Origin: Candidatus Lustribacter sp. | GTDB lineage: Bacteria; Vulcanimicrobiota; Vulcanimicrobiia; Vulcanimicrobiales; Vulcanimicrobiaceae | DNA length: 64,000 nucleotides | Direction of reading: 5' to 3' | Assembly: GCA_965277805.1 (NCBI GenBank) | Contig: OZ255842.1 | Coordinates: forward strand, 5,344,001 to 5,408,000 | Shown here: piece by piece, positions 9,503 through 18,182 of the stretch | How positions within the stretch are numbered: the first letter of the stretch is position 1 | Layout: each line of letters begins with the position of its first letter | Position numbers and translations under genes: made by a program | The notes under the pieces: model-generated | What the model saw: the letters and a program-made list of their open reading frames with translations, nothing else | Databases searched by the model: none | Told to the model about the DNA's origin: nothing

Positions 9503-10291
9503 ATGCAGACGCCCGGCGACGTGCAAGGCATTCAGTCTATCGAACTGGGCGGGAGCGTCTTGCGCGCGCTGATCGATGCAAATGGCGATACGCTGCCGTT
9601 GCGCGATGTTGCCTTAGCGGCGGGTATGTCGGCGAGCAAAGCGCGTCGCTACTTACTAAGTTTTGCGCGGATCGGCCTCGTTTCGCAGGAGGCAGCCACC
9701 GGCTACTACGGGCTTGGACCGTTGGCAATTCGTTTAGGGCTGGCCGCCATCGCCGCGATTGCGGTCGACCGGCTCGCGCCGCCCGTCATCCGTGAACTAC
9801 GCCGGCGTCTGCAAGAGACGGTCGTGATGACGATCTGGAGCGATCGCGGCCCTATCATTTTGCAAGCCGAGGACAGCCAACTCGCGGTCATGGTCAACGC
9901 GCGCATCGGCTCGACGTTGCCGATGATCGGTAGCGCGACGGGCCGGCTCTTCGCAGCCTATTTCGATCCCGCAAGCACCGGACCACGGATCACCGAGGAG
10001 CTTTCCCGGTTGGCGAAGGGCCCGGCACTCCGGCAGGCGCAGCACGATTTCGATCTCCGCTTGGACGAAGTTCGCAAGCACGGCGCCGCGCGCACCGAGG
10101 GCGAGCTGCTCAACGGCGTGAGCGCGCTGGCAGCGCCGGTTTTCGACCATACCGGAACGCTGATCGCCGGACTCGGGGTGCTTGGGCACCGCGGGATTCT
10201 CGACGTAAGCTGGACCGGGACGCCCTGCACGGAGCTCAAACGCTCGGCTGCTACCCTATCCGAGCTCTGCGGGCACACCCCGGCAAAATAA
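9503..10291 (+). CDS. IclR-family transcriptional regulator
   Basis: GIQSIELG...GMSASKARRYL...YGLGP HTH; SATGRLFAA and ALAAPVFD effector domain. Confidence 0.9.
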   Translation: MQTPGDVQGIQSIELGGSVLRALIDANGDTLPLRDVALAAGMSASKARRYLLSFARIGLVSQEAATGYYGLGPLAIRLGLAAIAAIAVDRLAPPVIRELRRRLQETVVMTIWSDRGPIILQAEDSQLAVMVNARIGSTLPMIGSATGRLFAAYFDPASTGPRITEELSRLAKGPALRQAQHDFDLRLDEVRKHGAARTEGELLNGVSALAAPVFDHTGTLIAGLGVLGHRGILDVSWTGTPCTELKRSAATLSELCGHTPAK

Positions 10292-10305
10292 TCTCCGGGC
10301 GTGCG

Positions 10306-10335
10306 TTGCATAATATGCAATGCATGCCTTATACT
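10306..10335 (+). promoter_or_regulatory. Palindromic operator overlapping a putative promoter
   Basis: TTGCATA-A-TATGCAA (10306-10320). TTGCAT, 18 bp spacer, TATACT (10330-10335) just upstream of the esterase start. Confidence 0.65.
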
Positions 10336-10344
10336 GCGGCGGTG

Positions 10345-11973
10345 ATGCCTCGCTTTCTCGCTGCGGCACTGCTCGCCGTCCTTACGCTCGAGCCGACGGT
10401 CGTGCCGGCCCAGACCGCCGGCCCGATGGCATCGATCGACGCCGGCCGTCTCGCCGGCGTGCTCGACGATGCGGGGATCGATTCTTACCGTGGCATCCCG
10501 TTTGCGGCGCCGCCTGTCGGCAACCTACGCTGGCGCGAACCCCAACCGGTCGCAGCGTGGAACGGCGTGCGCGACGCGCGCGAGTACGGCGATCGGTGTC
10601 AGCAGAGCCCGTTTCCGCCATCGACCCCACTCGGTAGCGGTGGTCTATCCGAAGATTGTCTCTTTCTCAACGTATGGGCGGCGCCGGCGGCCGTTCGCGC
10701 ACCGGTGCTGGTGTGGATCCACGGCGGCGGTTTTTCCAACGGCTACAGCAATGCCGTTGGATTCGACGGGGATGCGTTCGCGCAAAAAGGCCTGGTCTTC
10801 GTCAGCATCAACTATCGCCTCGGCGCGTTCGGTTTTCTCGCGCATCCTGCATTGACCCAAGAATCGCCGCACAAAACGTCGGGGAATTACGGGGCGCTCG
10901 ATCAGATCGCCGCATTGCAGTGGGTGAAGCGCAACATCGCGGCGTTCGGCGGCGACCCGGACAACGTCACGATTTTCGGCGAATCTGCCGGCTCCGTCAG
11001 CGTCTCGGTGCTGACCGCGTCACCGCTCGCCAAGGGCCTCTTCGCACGCGCGATCGGTGACAGCGGCGCCGGCCTCGGCTCGAGCGTCGACACGCTGCCG
11101 GTGATGCCGCTCGCGCGGGAAGAACAACGCGGTCTTGCGTTCGCGGGCTTACTCCACGCGCATACCGCGGCGGAACTGCGCGCGATCCCGGCCGACAAGA
11201 TCGTCGATGCCGGCGAGCACGGTGCGGGCACGCTCTTTCAGGCGGGCCGCTTCGCACCGGCAATCGACGGCTACCTATTGCGTGAAACGCCGGAGCGCAC
11301 GTTTGCGCGCGGCGCGCAGAACAACGTTTCGCTGTTGACCGGCTGGAATATGCGTGAAGGTTTGCTGTTCTCGCTCCTCGATCCCGGTGGCGCGTCCGCC
11401 GTCGGTTGCAAACCGGTGTGGGACGACGCGCGCACCGTCACGGGCTTTCCGGAACAAGCAAACCGCTCGTTCGGTGCCGCAGCGCCGGCGTTTTTGCAAC
11501 TCTATCCACACGCAACGACCGACGAAGTCCGCATGTCGGCCGAAGATACCGTCGGCGACCTCGCGATCGATTGGGCCACCTGGAAGTGGGCCGATCTCCA
11601 ATCGAAGAGCGGCAAGACATCGGTTTACACGTATTTGTTCGCGAAAGTGCCGCCGCCCGAGTATCCATTGCACGCGGCAACGCACGGATCGGAAACGCCG
11701 TACGCCTTCGACAATCTGAAATCGCGCAAGTGGAGCTGGGATCAGGCGGACCTCCAAATCGCGCACGGCATGTCGTCGTATTACGCGAACTTCGCGCGCA
11801 CCGGCGATCCGAACGGACCGGGGTTACCGCGCTGGCCGGCGTACACGGGAGCGGTCCCGCAGCGGATGGTCTTTGACGCGAACGGAGTTGCCGCAGCGCC
11901 GGTGTCGCTGGCGCGAGTCCGGCTGATCGACGCGAACCGTGCGGCCGGTCCGTGGTGCCCCGATGCTCGGTGA
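10345..11973 (+). CDS. Exported type-B carboxylesterase
   Basis: Signal peptide; YRGIPFAAPPVGNLRW, SEDCLFLNVW, WIHGGG, GESAG nucleophile, ATHGSE. Confidence 0.92.
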   Translation: MPRFLAAALLAVLTLEPTVVPAQTAGPMASIDAGRLAGVLDDAGIDSYRGIPFAAPPVGNLRWREPQPVAAWNGVRDAREYGDRCQQSPFPPSTPLGSGGLSEDCLFLNVWAAPAAVRAPVLVWIHGGGFSNGYSNAVGFDGDAFAQKGLVFVSINYRLGAFGFLAHPALTQESPHKTSGNYGALDQIAALQWVKRNIAAFGGDPDNVTIFGESAGSVSVSVLTASPLAKGLFARAIGDSGAGLGSSVDTLPVMPLAREEQRGLAFAGLLHAHTAAELRAIPADKIVDAGEHGAGTLFQAGRFAPAIDGYLLRETPERTFARGAQNNVSLLTGWNMREGLLFSLLDPGGASAVGCKPVWDDARTVTGFPEQANRSFGAAAPAFLQLYPHATTDEVRMSAEDTVGDLAIDWATWKWADLQSKSGKTSVYTYLFAKVPPPEYPLHAATHGSETPYAFDNLKSRKWSWDQADLQIAHGMSSYYANFARTGDPNGPGLPRWPAYTGAVPQRMVFDANGVAAAPVSLARVRLIDANRAAGPWCPDAR

Positions 11974-12580
11974 AGTGGGCATCGCGGACTTCATCGACCG
12001 GGCCTCGGTCGCCGACGTGATTGGGCGCGAACGCGCGGCGCGCGACGGCCGGCGGTGGACCGAAATGGCGGCCTGCTACCATCCCGACGCTTTCGTCGAC
12101 GTGTCGTGGTTCCGCGGCGGAGGCGAGGCGTTCGTTGAGGCCAGCCGCAAAGTCGCGGCCGGTCCGACGCTGAGCTTTCACGGCATGGCGCCCGCCGTCG
12201 TTACAGTCAACGGCGATCGCGCGCTGGCGGAGACGGCCTGCTCTTTGCACGGCATGACCGAACTCGAGGGCGTCGATGTTGCGCTGATCGGTTACACGCG
12301 GTTGTTGTGGCGCGCGCTGCGTTCGGGCGACGGCTGGCTCATCGCCGGCTTGCGTGCGATGTACGTCAGCGACATGCTGCTGCCGCGAAATCCGAGCCGC
12401 GTGCCGGCGATCGATGACGAAATCCTGCGGACGTTCAGGCCATCGTACAAATACTTGAGCTACATCATCACCAAAAGCGGACGCACGATCCAAGATGATT
12501 TGCCGGGCATCGATCGGCCCGAAAGCGTCACGGCCTTACGTGCCGCCGAGCAACAGTGGCTCGAAGGGAGCATTTCATGA
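11963..12580 (+). CDS. SnoaL/NTF2-like protein
   Basis: RERAARDGRRW..MAACYHPDAFVDVSWFRG...TVNGDRALAET...GWLI pattern. Confidence 0.75.
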   Translation: MLGEVGIADFIDRASVADVIGRERAARDGRRWTEMAACYHPDAFVDVSWFRGGGEAFVEASRKVAAGPTLSFHGMAPAVVTVNGDRALAETACSLHGMTELEGVDVALIGYTRLLWRALRSGDGWLIAGLRAMYVSDMLLPRNPSRVPAIDDEILRTFRPSYKYLSYIITKSGRTIQDDLPGIDRPESVTALRAAEQQWLEGSIS

Positions 12581-13761
12581 GCACCATACTCGCCGAGCTC
12601 GATGTCGTCGAACGCGCGCGCGCGCTCGTCGAGCCTTTGCGCAGCAGGCACGACGAAACCGATCGTCTGAGCAAGGCCACCGAAGAGACGTCGGCCGAGT
12701 TGGAAGCGGCGGGCCTGTTCAAGCTAACGGTTCCGCGCGCGTACGGCGGTCTCGAAGCGAACATCACGACGTGGATGGAGGCCGTGACCGAGCTCGGCCG
12801 CGGCGACGGCGGCGTAGCGTGGGCCGTGACGCTCGTCAACGCTTGTAATTGGATGGCCGCCGGACTGTATCCGCGCAAGGTGGCCGACGAAGTCTTTGCC
12901 GATCCGAACGCGCGGGTGGCCGGCGTGTTTTCACCGCGCGGCGTCAAGGCGCGCCGCGTCGACGGCGGCATCGTCGTTGAAAAAGGCATCTGGTTCTTCA
13001 ATTCGGGCGTGTACCACGCGCAGTGGGATCTGCTCGGCGTGCCGATGTTCAACGCGGCGGGCGAGGCAATTGGACCTGGCATCGCGCTCGTGCCGATGAG
13101 CGACGTCAACATCCTCAACGACTGGGATACGATCGGGCTGCGTGGCAGCGGCAGTTCGAACGTTACGATGGAGAACGTCTTCGTCCCCGACGAACGCATC
13201 GTCGGTCTGCTTCCCGCAACACACGGAAAGCAGCCGCGCACGTTCCCCGAGGCGGCGCTCTATCGCACGGCGTTCGCGCCGTTGATGGTCGGCATTCTCG
13301 CCTTCCCGGTGCTCGGTATGGGGCTGCACATCATCGAAGAGTTTCTGGAAACGCTTCCGAAGCGCGACATCAAGCTGACCCCGTATATGAAAGCGGGCGA
13401 GGCGGTCGTGACGCAAGTGCAGATCGCGCAGGCGTCGGCCAAAGTGCACGCGGCGAAATGCATCATGGCGGCTGCGTGTGCTGAAATGGATGCGTCGGCG
13501 GCGCGCGGCGAGTACATGCCCGTACACGATCGCGCTCGCATCTGCCGCGATACCGCGTTCTCGGATCAGCTCGTGTGGGAAGCAGCCGACATCATCGCCG
13601 ACGCCGGCGGCGGTTCGTTCGCGCGGCGCGGCAACACGCTCAGCCGCGTGTGGGGTGATATCAAGGTCGCAACGCAGCACCCGTTCGTCGCACTGACGAG
13701 CAACTTTGAAATGTACGGCCGGCTTGTAGCCGGCATCGATCCGCCTTTGATGCCCGTTTAG
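12577..13761 (+). CDS. Flavin-dependent monooxygenase, acyl-CoA dehydrogenase fold (HsaA-like)
   Basis: AGLFKLTVPRAYGG, GRGDGGVAW, W.FNSG, DWDTIGLRGSGS..V..E.VFVP. Confidence 0.82.
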   Translation: MSTILAELDVVERARALVEPLRSRHDETDRLSKATEETSAELEAAGLFKLTVPRAYGGLEANITTWMEAVTELGRGDGGVAWAVTLVNACNWMAAGLYPRKVADEVFADPNARVAGVFSPRGVKARRVDGGIVVEKGIWFFNSGVYHAQWDLLGVPMFNAAGEAIGPGIALVPMSDVNILNDWDTIGLRGSGSSNVTMENVFVPDERIVGLLPATHGKQPRTFPEAALYRTAFAPLMVGILAFPVLGMGLHIIEEFLETLPKRDIKLTPYMKAGEAVVTQVQIAQASAKVHAAKCIMAAACAEMDASAARGEYMPVHDRARICRDTAFSDQLVWEAADIIADAGGGSFARRGNTLSRVWGDIKVATQHPFVALTSNFEMYGRLVAGIDPPLMPV

Positions 13762-13774
13762 AAGAGAGGTCCTC

Positions 13775-14974
13775 ATGCATTCGTTTCGTGCACGCCGGCT
13801 CGGCGTCGCAGCGCTGGCGGCGTTGCTGGCGTTCGGTTCCGGCGGTGTCTCTGCGCAACAGCAGCCGCCGCTGAAGATCGGTTTGGTGTACTCGTACACC
13901 GGCGCGCCGGAATACATCGGTAAGGGCATCGATGCGGCGATCGCCGCTTATCAGGCGCTGCACGGCGACTCGGTCGCGGGCCGCAAAGTCGTGATCGTCA
14001 AGCGCGACGACACAGGCATTGCGCCGGACGTCGCCCGGCGTATGGCGCAAGAACTCGTCGTGCAGGACAACGTCGACATCCTGATCGGCGCCACGTCGAC
14101 CCCTAACGGTGCCGCGATCGCCGACATTTCTACGCAAGCGAAGAAGCCGTTTTTCGCAATCAATGTCGGAACGTCGGGCGCACTCGAGAAAGCGCCGTAC
14201 AGCGTGCGTTTCGGGTTCACCCTCGCGCAAATCACCGGACCGCTCGGGAAGTGGGTCGTACAGCGAAACATGAAGAGCGGTCTGCTGTTGTATCAGGACT
14301 ACGGTCCCGGCGTCGAAGGCGGGCGCGAATTCCGCAAGAGTTTCGAAGCCAGCGGCGGCAACGTCGTCGGCGAGATCAAGGTGCCGGTCACGAACCAGGA
14401 CTACGCCGCCTACGCGCAGCGCGTTCACGACGCCAGAGCCCAGGTGATGTACGCGTTCTTCAACTACCAGGGCGGTTTGTCGATGCTGAAGGCCGCGTCA
14501 ACTGCCGGTGCGCTGCACGACACGCGGGTCGTATCGACGCCCAGCATCATCCCGGATTCCGAAGTCGCGGCGGCCCCGACGGCGCTGGCACTCGGCTTGA
14601 TCAGCGTGCAGAACTACAGCTACACGCACGATTCCAAACTGAACCGCACCTTCGTCGCGGCGTTCCGCAAAGCGTACGGGGATCCGAACGAGGTGCCGAA
14701 TTTCGACGCCGCGGCGGCCTTCGACGTGATGAACGCGATCTACACGATCGCCAAGGCCCAGCACGGAAACCTCGACCCCGACAAAACGATGGCCGCGGTG
14801 CGCGGCCTGCGCTTTGAGAGCCCGCGTGGACCGCTGCAAATCGACGTCCACACGCGGGCGGCGGTCGAAAACGTCTACATCCGCCAGGTCGAGCTACTCA
14901 ACGGTAAACCGGCGCCGATCGAAATCGCAACGGTCCCGATGGTCCCCGACCCCAACGAACACTTCGACCGCTAG
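13775..14974 (+). CDS. ABC substrate-binding protein, LivJ/aromatic-acid type (no partner genes nearby)
   Basis: Signal peptide; LKIGLV.SYTG, VAGRKV..V.RDD, FESPRGP. Confidence 0.85.
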   Translation: MHSFRARRLGVAALAALLAFGSGGVSAQQQPPLKIGLVYSYTGAPEYIGKGIDAAIAAYQALHGDSVAGRKVVIVKRDDTGIAPDVARRMAQELVVQDNVDILIGATSTPNGAAIADISTQAKKPFFAINVGTSGALEKAPYSVRFGFTLAQITGPLGKWVVQRNMKSGLLLYQDYGPGVEGGREFRKSFEASGGNVVGEIKVPVTNQDYAAYAQRVHDARAQVMYAFFNYQGGLSMLKAASTAGALHDTRVVSTPSIIPDSEVAAAPTALALGLISVQNYSYTHDSKLNRTFVAAFRKAYGDPNEVPNFDAAAAFDVMNAIYTIAKAQHGNLDPDKTMAAVRGLRFESPRGPLQIDVHTRAAVENVYIRQVELLNGKPAPIEIATVPMVPDPNEHFDR

Positions 14975-14984
14975 CGGCCGGACT

Positions 14985-15194
14985 TCATTTCTCCGCGCGC
15001 GCTTTGTGCGTCTCGTCGGGACAGTCGCCGGCGCGGTCCCACTGCCAGCCGGCGAGGGTGTGAATGCGGGTGGCCTTGCAGCCGCACGGGTATTCGGCCA
15101 CGGCCGCGACGTTGTCGGGCCGATCGCCCTCTACCCACTCGGTCATCACGTAGTTGGCCTCGTCGTCGAGGACGTCGGCATCGCTCATACTCAT
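14985..15194 (-). CDS. Small acidic hypothetical protein with a C-x-C...C...H motif
   Basis: 69 aa ORF filling the gap; SD AAGGGA 5 nt before the ATG; YPCGC...GDCPDETH. Confidence 0.55.
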   Translation of the reverse strand: MSMSDADVLDDEANYVMTEWVEGDRPDNVAAVAEYPCGCKATRIHTLAGWQWDRAGDCPDETHKARAEK

Positions 15195-15270
15195 GGCGTT
15201 CCCTTACCCATCCGCGCGGCCGGATCATTGGGGGTGCCCGGAGTGACCGGGCATGGTAGAATAGGGCGTT

Positions 15271-16359
15271 ATGGCCGCCCGGACCGCTCAGGAGATTTGG
15301 ATCGACGATAAGGCGCGCTGCGCCGGCTATGCCGACGGGGCGGCGTTCGCGCTTGCCCATGGGCTGAAGAACTACCGGCTCCAGCAGCTCTACCGGGCCG
15401 CGACGAAAGAGCTTCTCGCCGAGGTCGGTGAGGTCAGCGTGCTGCCCAAGGAGCTGCGGGCGGCCTTGGCTGCTGAGAAATTTTCCTTCGATGCGGTCGA
15501 GCCGGTCGTCATCCAGAACTCGAACGACAAGCAGACGATCAAGGGGCTCTTCCGGCTGCACGATGGCAACGAAGTCGAGGCGGTGCTCATGCAGCACTAC
15601 GGCGATCGCAACACCGTGTGCATCTCGAGCCAGTCGGGGTGCGCGTACGCGTGCGCGTTCTGTTCCACCGGGCAGGCGGGCTTTACGCGGCATCTGACGC
15701 CGACCGAGATCTTCGATCAAGCGCGCTATTTTGCGCGCCATCTCGCCGCGCAGGGCCGCAAGATCACGAACATCGTGTTCATGGGCATGGGCGAACCGTT
15801 CCATAACTACGCCTCGGTGATGGACGCGGTGCGACTGCTCAACGACGCGCACGGCTTCGGCCTCGGCCACCGGCACATCACGATCTCGACCGTCGGGGTC
15901 GTTCCGCAGATCGAACAGTTCGCGGAGGAAGGCATCCAGGTCAACCTCGCGATCTCGCTGCACGCGGCGACGGACGACGTGCGTTCGTCGATCATGCCGG
16001 TCAACCACAAGTGGCCGATCGCGCAGCTGATGGACGCCGTCGGCCGTTACATCGAGAAAACCAATCGCAAGGTCTTCTTCGAATACGTGATGCTCGACGG
16101 TGTAAACGATCGTCCCGAAGATGCCGAAGCGCTCGCGCGTTTGATGCGCGGCTCGCTCTATCACGTCAACATCATCCCCTACAACAGCACGCCGGATGCG
16201 AAGCTCGGCGCGACCGGCGATCAGCGCATCCGCGCCTTCAGCGCGATCCTCGAGGCCAAGGGAATCGCGTGCACCGTGCGCATTCCGATGGGCCGCGACA
16301 TCGCTGCGGCCTGCGGCCAGCTCCGCGCTGAAACGCAACCTCGCGCGCACGCGAGCTAG
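15271..16359 (+). CDS. rlmN: 23S rRNA (adenine2503-C2) methyltransferase, radical SAM
   Basis: CISSQSGCAYACAFC, FMGMGEP, AISLHA, FEYVML, AACGQL. Confidence 0.93.
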   Translation: MAARTAQEIWIDDKARCAGYADGAAFALAHGLKNYRLQQLYRAATKELLAEVGEVSVLPKELRAALAAEKFSFDAVEPVVIQNSNDKQTIKGLFRLHDGNEVEAVLMQHYGDRNTVCISSQSGCAYACAFCSTGQAGFTRHLTPTEIFDQARYFARHLAAQGRKITNIVFMGMGEPFHNYASVMDAVRLLNDAHGFGLGHRHITISTVGVVPQIEQFAEEGIQVNLAISLHAATDDVRSSIMPVNHKWPIAQLMDAVGRYIEKTNRKVFFEYVMLDGVNDRPEDAEALARLMRGSLYHVNIIPYNSTPDAKLGATGDQRIRAFSAILEAKGIACTVRIPMGRDIAAACGQLRAETQPRAHAS

Positions 16360-16362
16360 AGT

Positions 16363-17022
16363 TTGGCGCGCCTGAAGATTCGCGACGACGTCGTGGCGGT
16401 CGAACTGACGGCCGGCGACCTGATCGACGAAACGTCGCTTTCGGCGATCAAGTCCGAAGGGGCGCAGCTGAGCGGCGCGGACGTTCGCAACCTCGCGATT
16501 GCGCAATCGCGGCTTACGCGCGCCAACTTCGCCGAAAGCCGGCTGCCGCGTCTGAACCTCACCGATGTCGAGCTGCTCGACTGCAATCTCTCGAACGTCA
16601 AAGTGACCGAAGGTTCGTTCCGCCGCGCGGCGTTCAATACGTGCAAGCTCACCGGAATCAACCTGACCGGCAGCTCGCTCGGCGACATCGAGTTCGTGAA
16701 TTGCCTGATCGATTTCGCCCTGTTCGACCGGGTAGGCCTCAAGCAGGTCACGTTCCGGAACTGTCAGATGCGGGACGCCGATTTCTCGGAGACGGCCTTG
16801 GATCGCGTGCATTTCATCGAGTGCGATCTGGCGCGCGCGACGTTCGATCGCGTACGCCTCACGGCGTCGGACATGCGGCACTGCACGATGAACGGAATGC
16901 GCGGGCTCGGGCAGCTGCGCGGCATGTCGATGGAGTGGAACGACATCATCGGGCATGCCGAGCTGTTCGCGAGCGAACTCGGCATCGTGGTCGCCGGAGA
17001 TCCCGACGGAGATGACGATTGA
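16363..17022 (+). CDS. Pentapeptide-repeat protein
   Basis: Continuous [A/C/S]-x-[L/F]-x-x repeats (ANFAE, CNLSN, CKLTG, ADFSE, CDLAR); TTG start. Confidence 0.85.
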   Translation: MARLKIRDDVVAVELTAGDLIDETSLSAIKSEGAQLSGADVRNLAIAQSRLTRANFAESRLPRLNLTDVELLDCNLSNVKVTEGSFRRAAFNTCKLTGINLTGSSLGDIEFVNCLIDFALFDRVGLKQVTFRNCQMRDADFSETALDRVHFIECDLARATFDRVRLTASDMRHCTMNGMRGLGQLRGMSMEWNDIIGHAELFASELGIVVAGDPDGDDD

Positions 17023-18182
17023 CGGCGAAGGTCCGTGAGGTCGTCACGCACGCGGTTGCGCTGACCGCGCTGTTTTACGCCTGGCGTTCGATGCGCGTGC
17101 TGGCGGGCTGGAAACGTGTGCCGGCGGCTCCGAATGATACGCCGTTGCCGTCGCTCTCGATCGTCGTGCCTGCGCGGGACGAAGAGCGAAGTATCGAGCC
17201 GTGCGTGCGATCGTTGCTGGCGCAGCACGGCGTCGACGCGGAAGTAATCGTCGTCGACGACCGCTCCGGCGATCAGACACCGCTCATCCTTGCGCGCTTG
17301 CAACGCGAATTTCCATTGCTGCAGATCGTGCGCGGTGAAGCGTTGCCGGAGGGCTGGGTCGGCAAACCGTGGGCGTGCGCGCAGGGCGCGCTTCGCGCTC
17401 GCGGCGAGTGGCTGCTGTTCACCGACGCCGACAGCCGGCACGAACCGGACGCCTCGGCATCCACGCTGGCGTTCGCGCGGGCGCAGAAGGCCGACGCGCT
17501 CTCGATCATGACCGGGCAAGATCTCGTGTCGCCGGCGGAGCGGGCGATACTGCCGGCGATCTTGCAGATGATCGTCTTCGCGAGCGGACTCATCACCGAG
17601 ATCAACGACCCGCAGCGGCCCGATCGCGCGCTTGCCAACGGTCAGTATTTGCTTATCTCGCGCGCGGCCTATGATGCGCTCGGGGGGCATGCGGCGGTGC
17701 GCGGCGAGATCGTCGAGGACATCGAGTTTGCGCGCCGGCTCAAACGCGACGGACGGTTTCGTCTGATCGTCGCGGAGGCGACGCAACTGGTGCACGTGCG
17801 CATGTACCATTCGTTCCGCGAAATTTGGGACGGCTTCACGAAGAACATGTACCTCGGCGCACGCGGCGATCTGCGGGCGATTGCGGGCGGCGTTGCCTTT
17901 TGCGCCGCGCTCTCGGTCGCGCCGCCGCTGCTTACGTTGGCGTCACTGCGGCGTGGCGATCGGGCGCGGGCCGCCGAGGCGCTCGCGGTGACGGCCCTCG
18001 TGATCGCCGTTGCGGCCCGAGGTGCGACCTATGTCTCGATGCCGCGCCGGCTCGCGGTGTTCGCGCCGTTCGGCATCGGCATGTTCGGTGCAATCGCGCT
18101 CAATTCGACGCGCCGGGCGCTCACCGGTGCCGGATTCGCATGGCGGGGCCGCGTTTATCCGGCGAAGAACGACGCCGGATGA
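17019..18182 (+). CDS. Membrane glycosyltransferase family 2 (CrtQ/HpnB-like)
   Basis: VPARDEE, VVDDRSGD.T, GWVGKPWAC, LFTDAD, NGQY, IVEDI, RMY; C-terminal TM helices ending in WRGR.Y. Confidence 0.85.
   Translation: MTAKVREVVTHAVALTALFYAWRSMRVLAGWKRVPAAPNDTPLPSLSIVVPARDEERSIEPCVRSLLAQHGVDAEVIVVDDRSGDQTPLILARLQREFPLLQIVRGEALPEGWVGKPWACAQGALRARGEWLLFTDADSRHEPDASASTLAFARAQKADALSIMTGQDLVSPAERAILPAILQMIVFASGLITEINDPQRPDRALANGQYLLISRAAYDALGGHAAVRGEIVEDIEFARRLKRDGRFRLIVAEATQLVHVRMYHSFREIWDGFTKNMYLGARGDLRAIAGGVAFCAALSVAPPLLTLASLRRGDRARAAEALAVTALVIAVAARGATYVSMPRRLAVFAPFGIGMFGAIALNSTRRALTGAGFAWRGRVYPAKNDAG

Noticed and set aside
8720-10291. 523-aa ORF suggesting an IclR fusion with a long N-terminal domain
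   Set aside because: The N-terminal half is an Arg-rich alternative frame of the UDG gene; IclR homology starts at ATG 9503.
10306-10320. Palindrome considered as a second ARG box
   Set aside because: Half-site spacing is 3 nt (TGCAT-N3-ATGCA) versus 4 nt in the argF box, and the context points to the adjacent IclR.
15271-16359. Possible Cfr-type resistance methyltransferase
   Set aside because: Housekeeping chromosomal context, no mobile element and RlmN-like motifs. A phylogeny would be needed to claim otherwise.
14971-16956. Long antisense ORFs (also 36604-38514, 53936-56005, 30901-32568, 22572-23846)
   Set aside because: They lie opposite well-supported genes, show no motifs, and are expected from stop-codon scarcity in GC-rich DNA.
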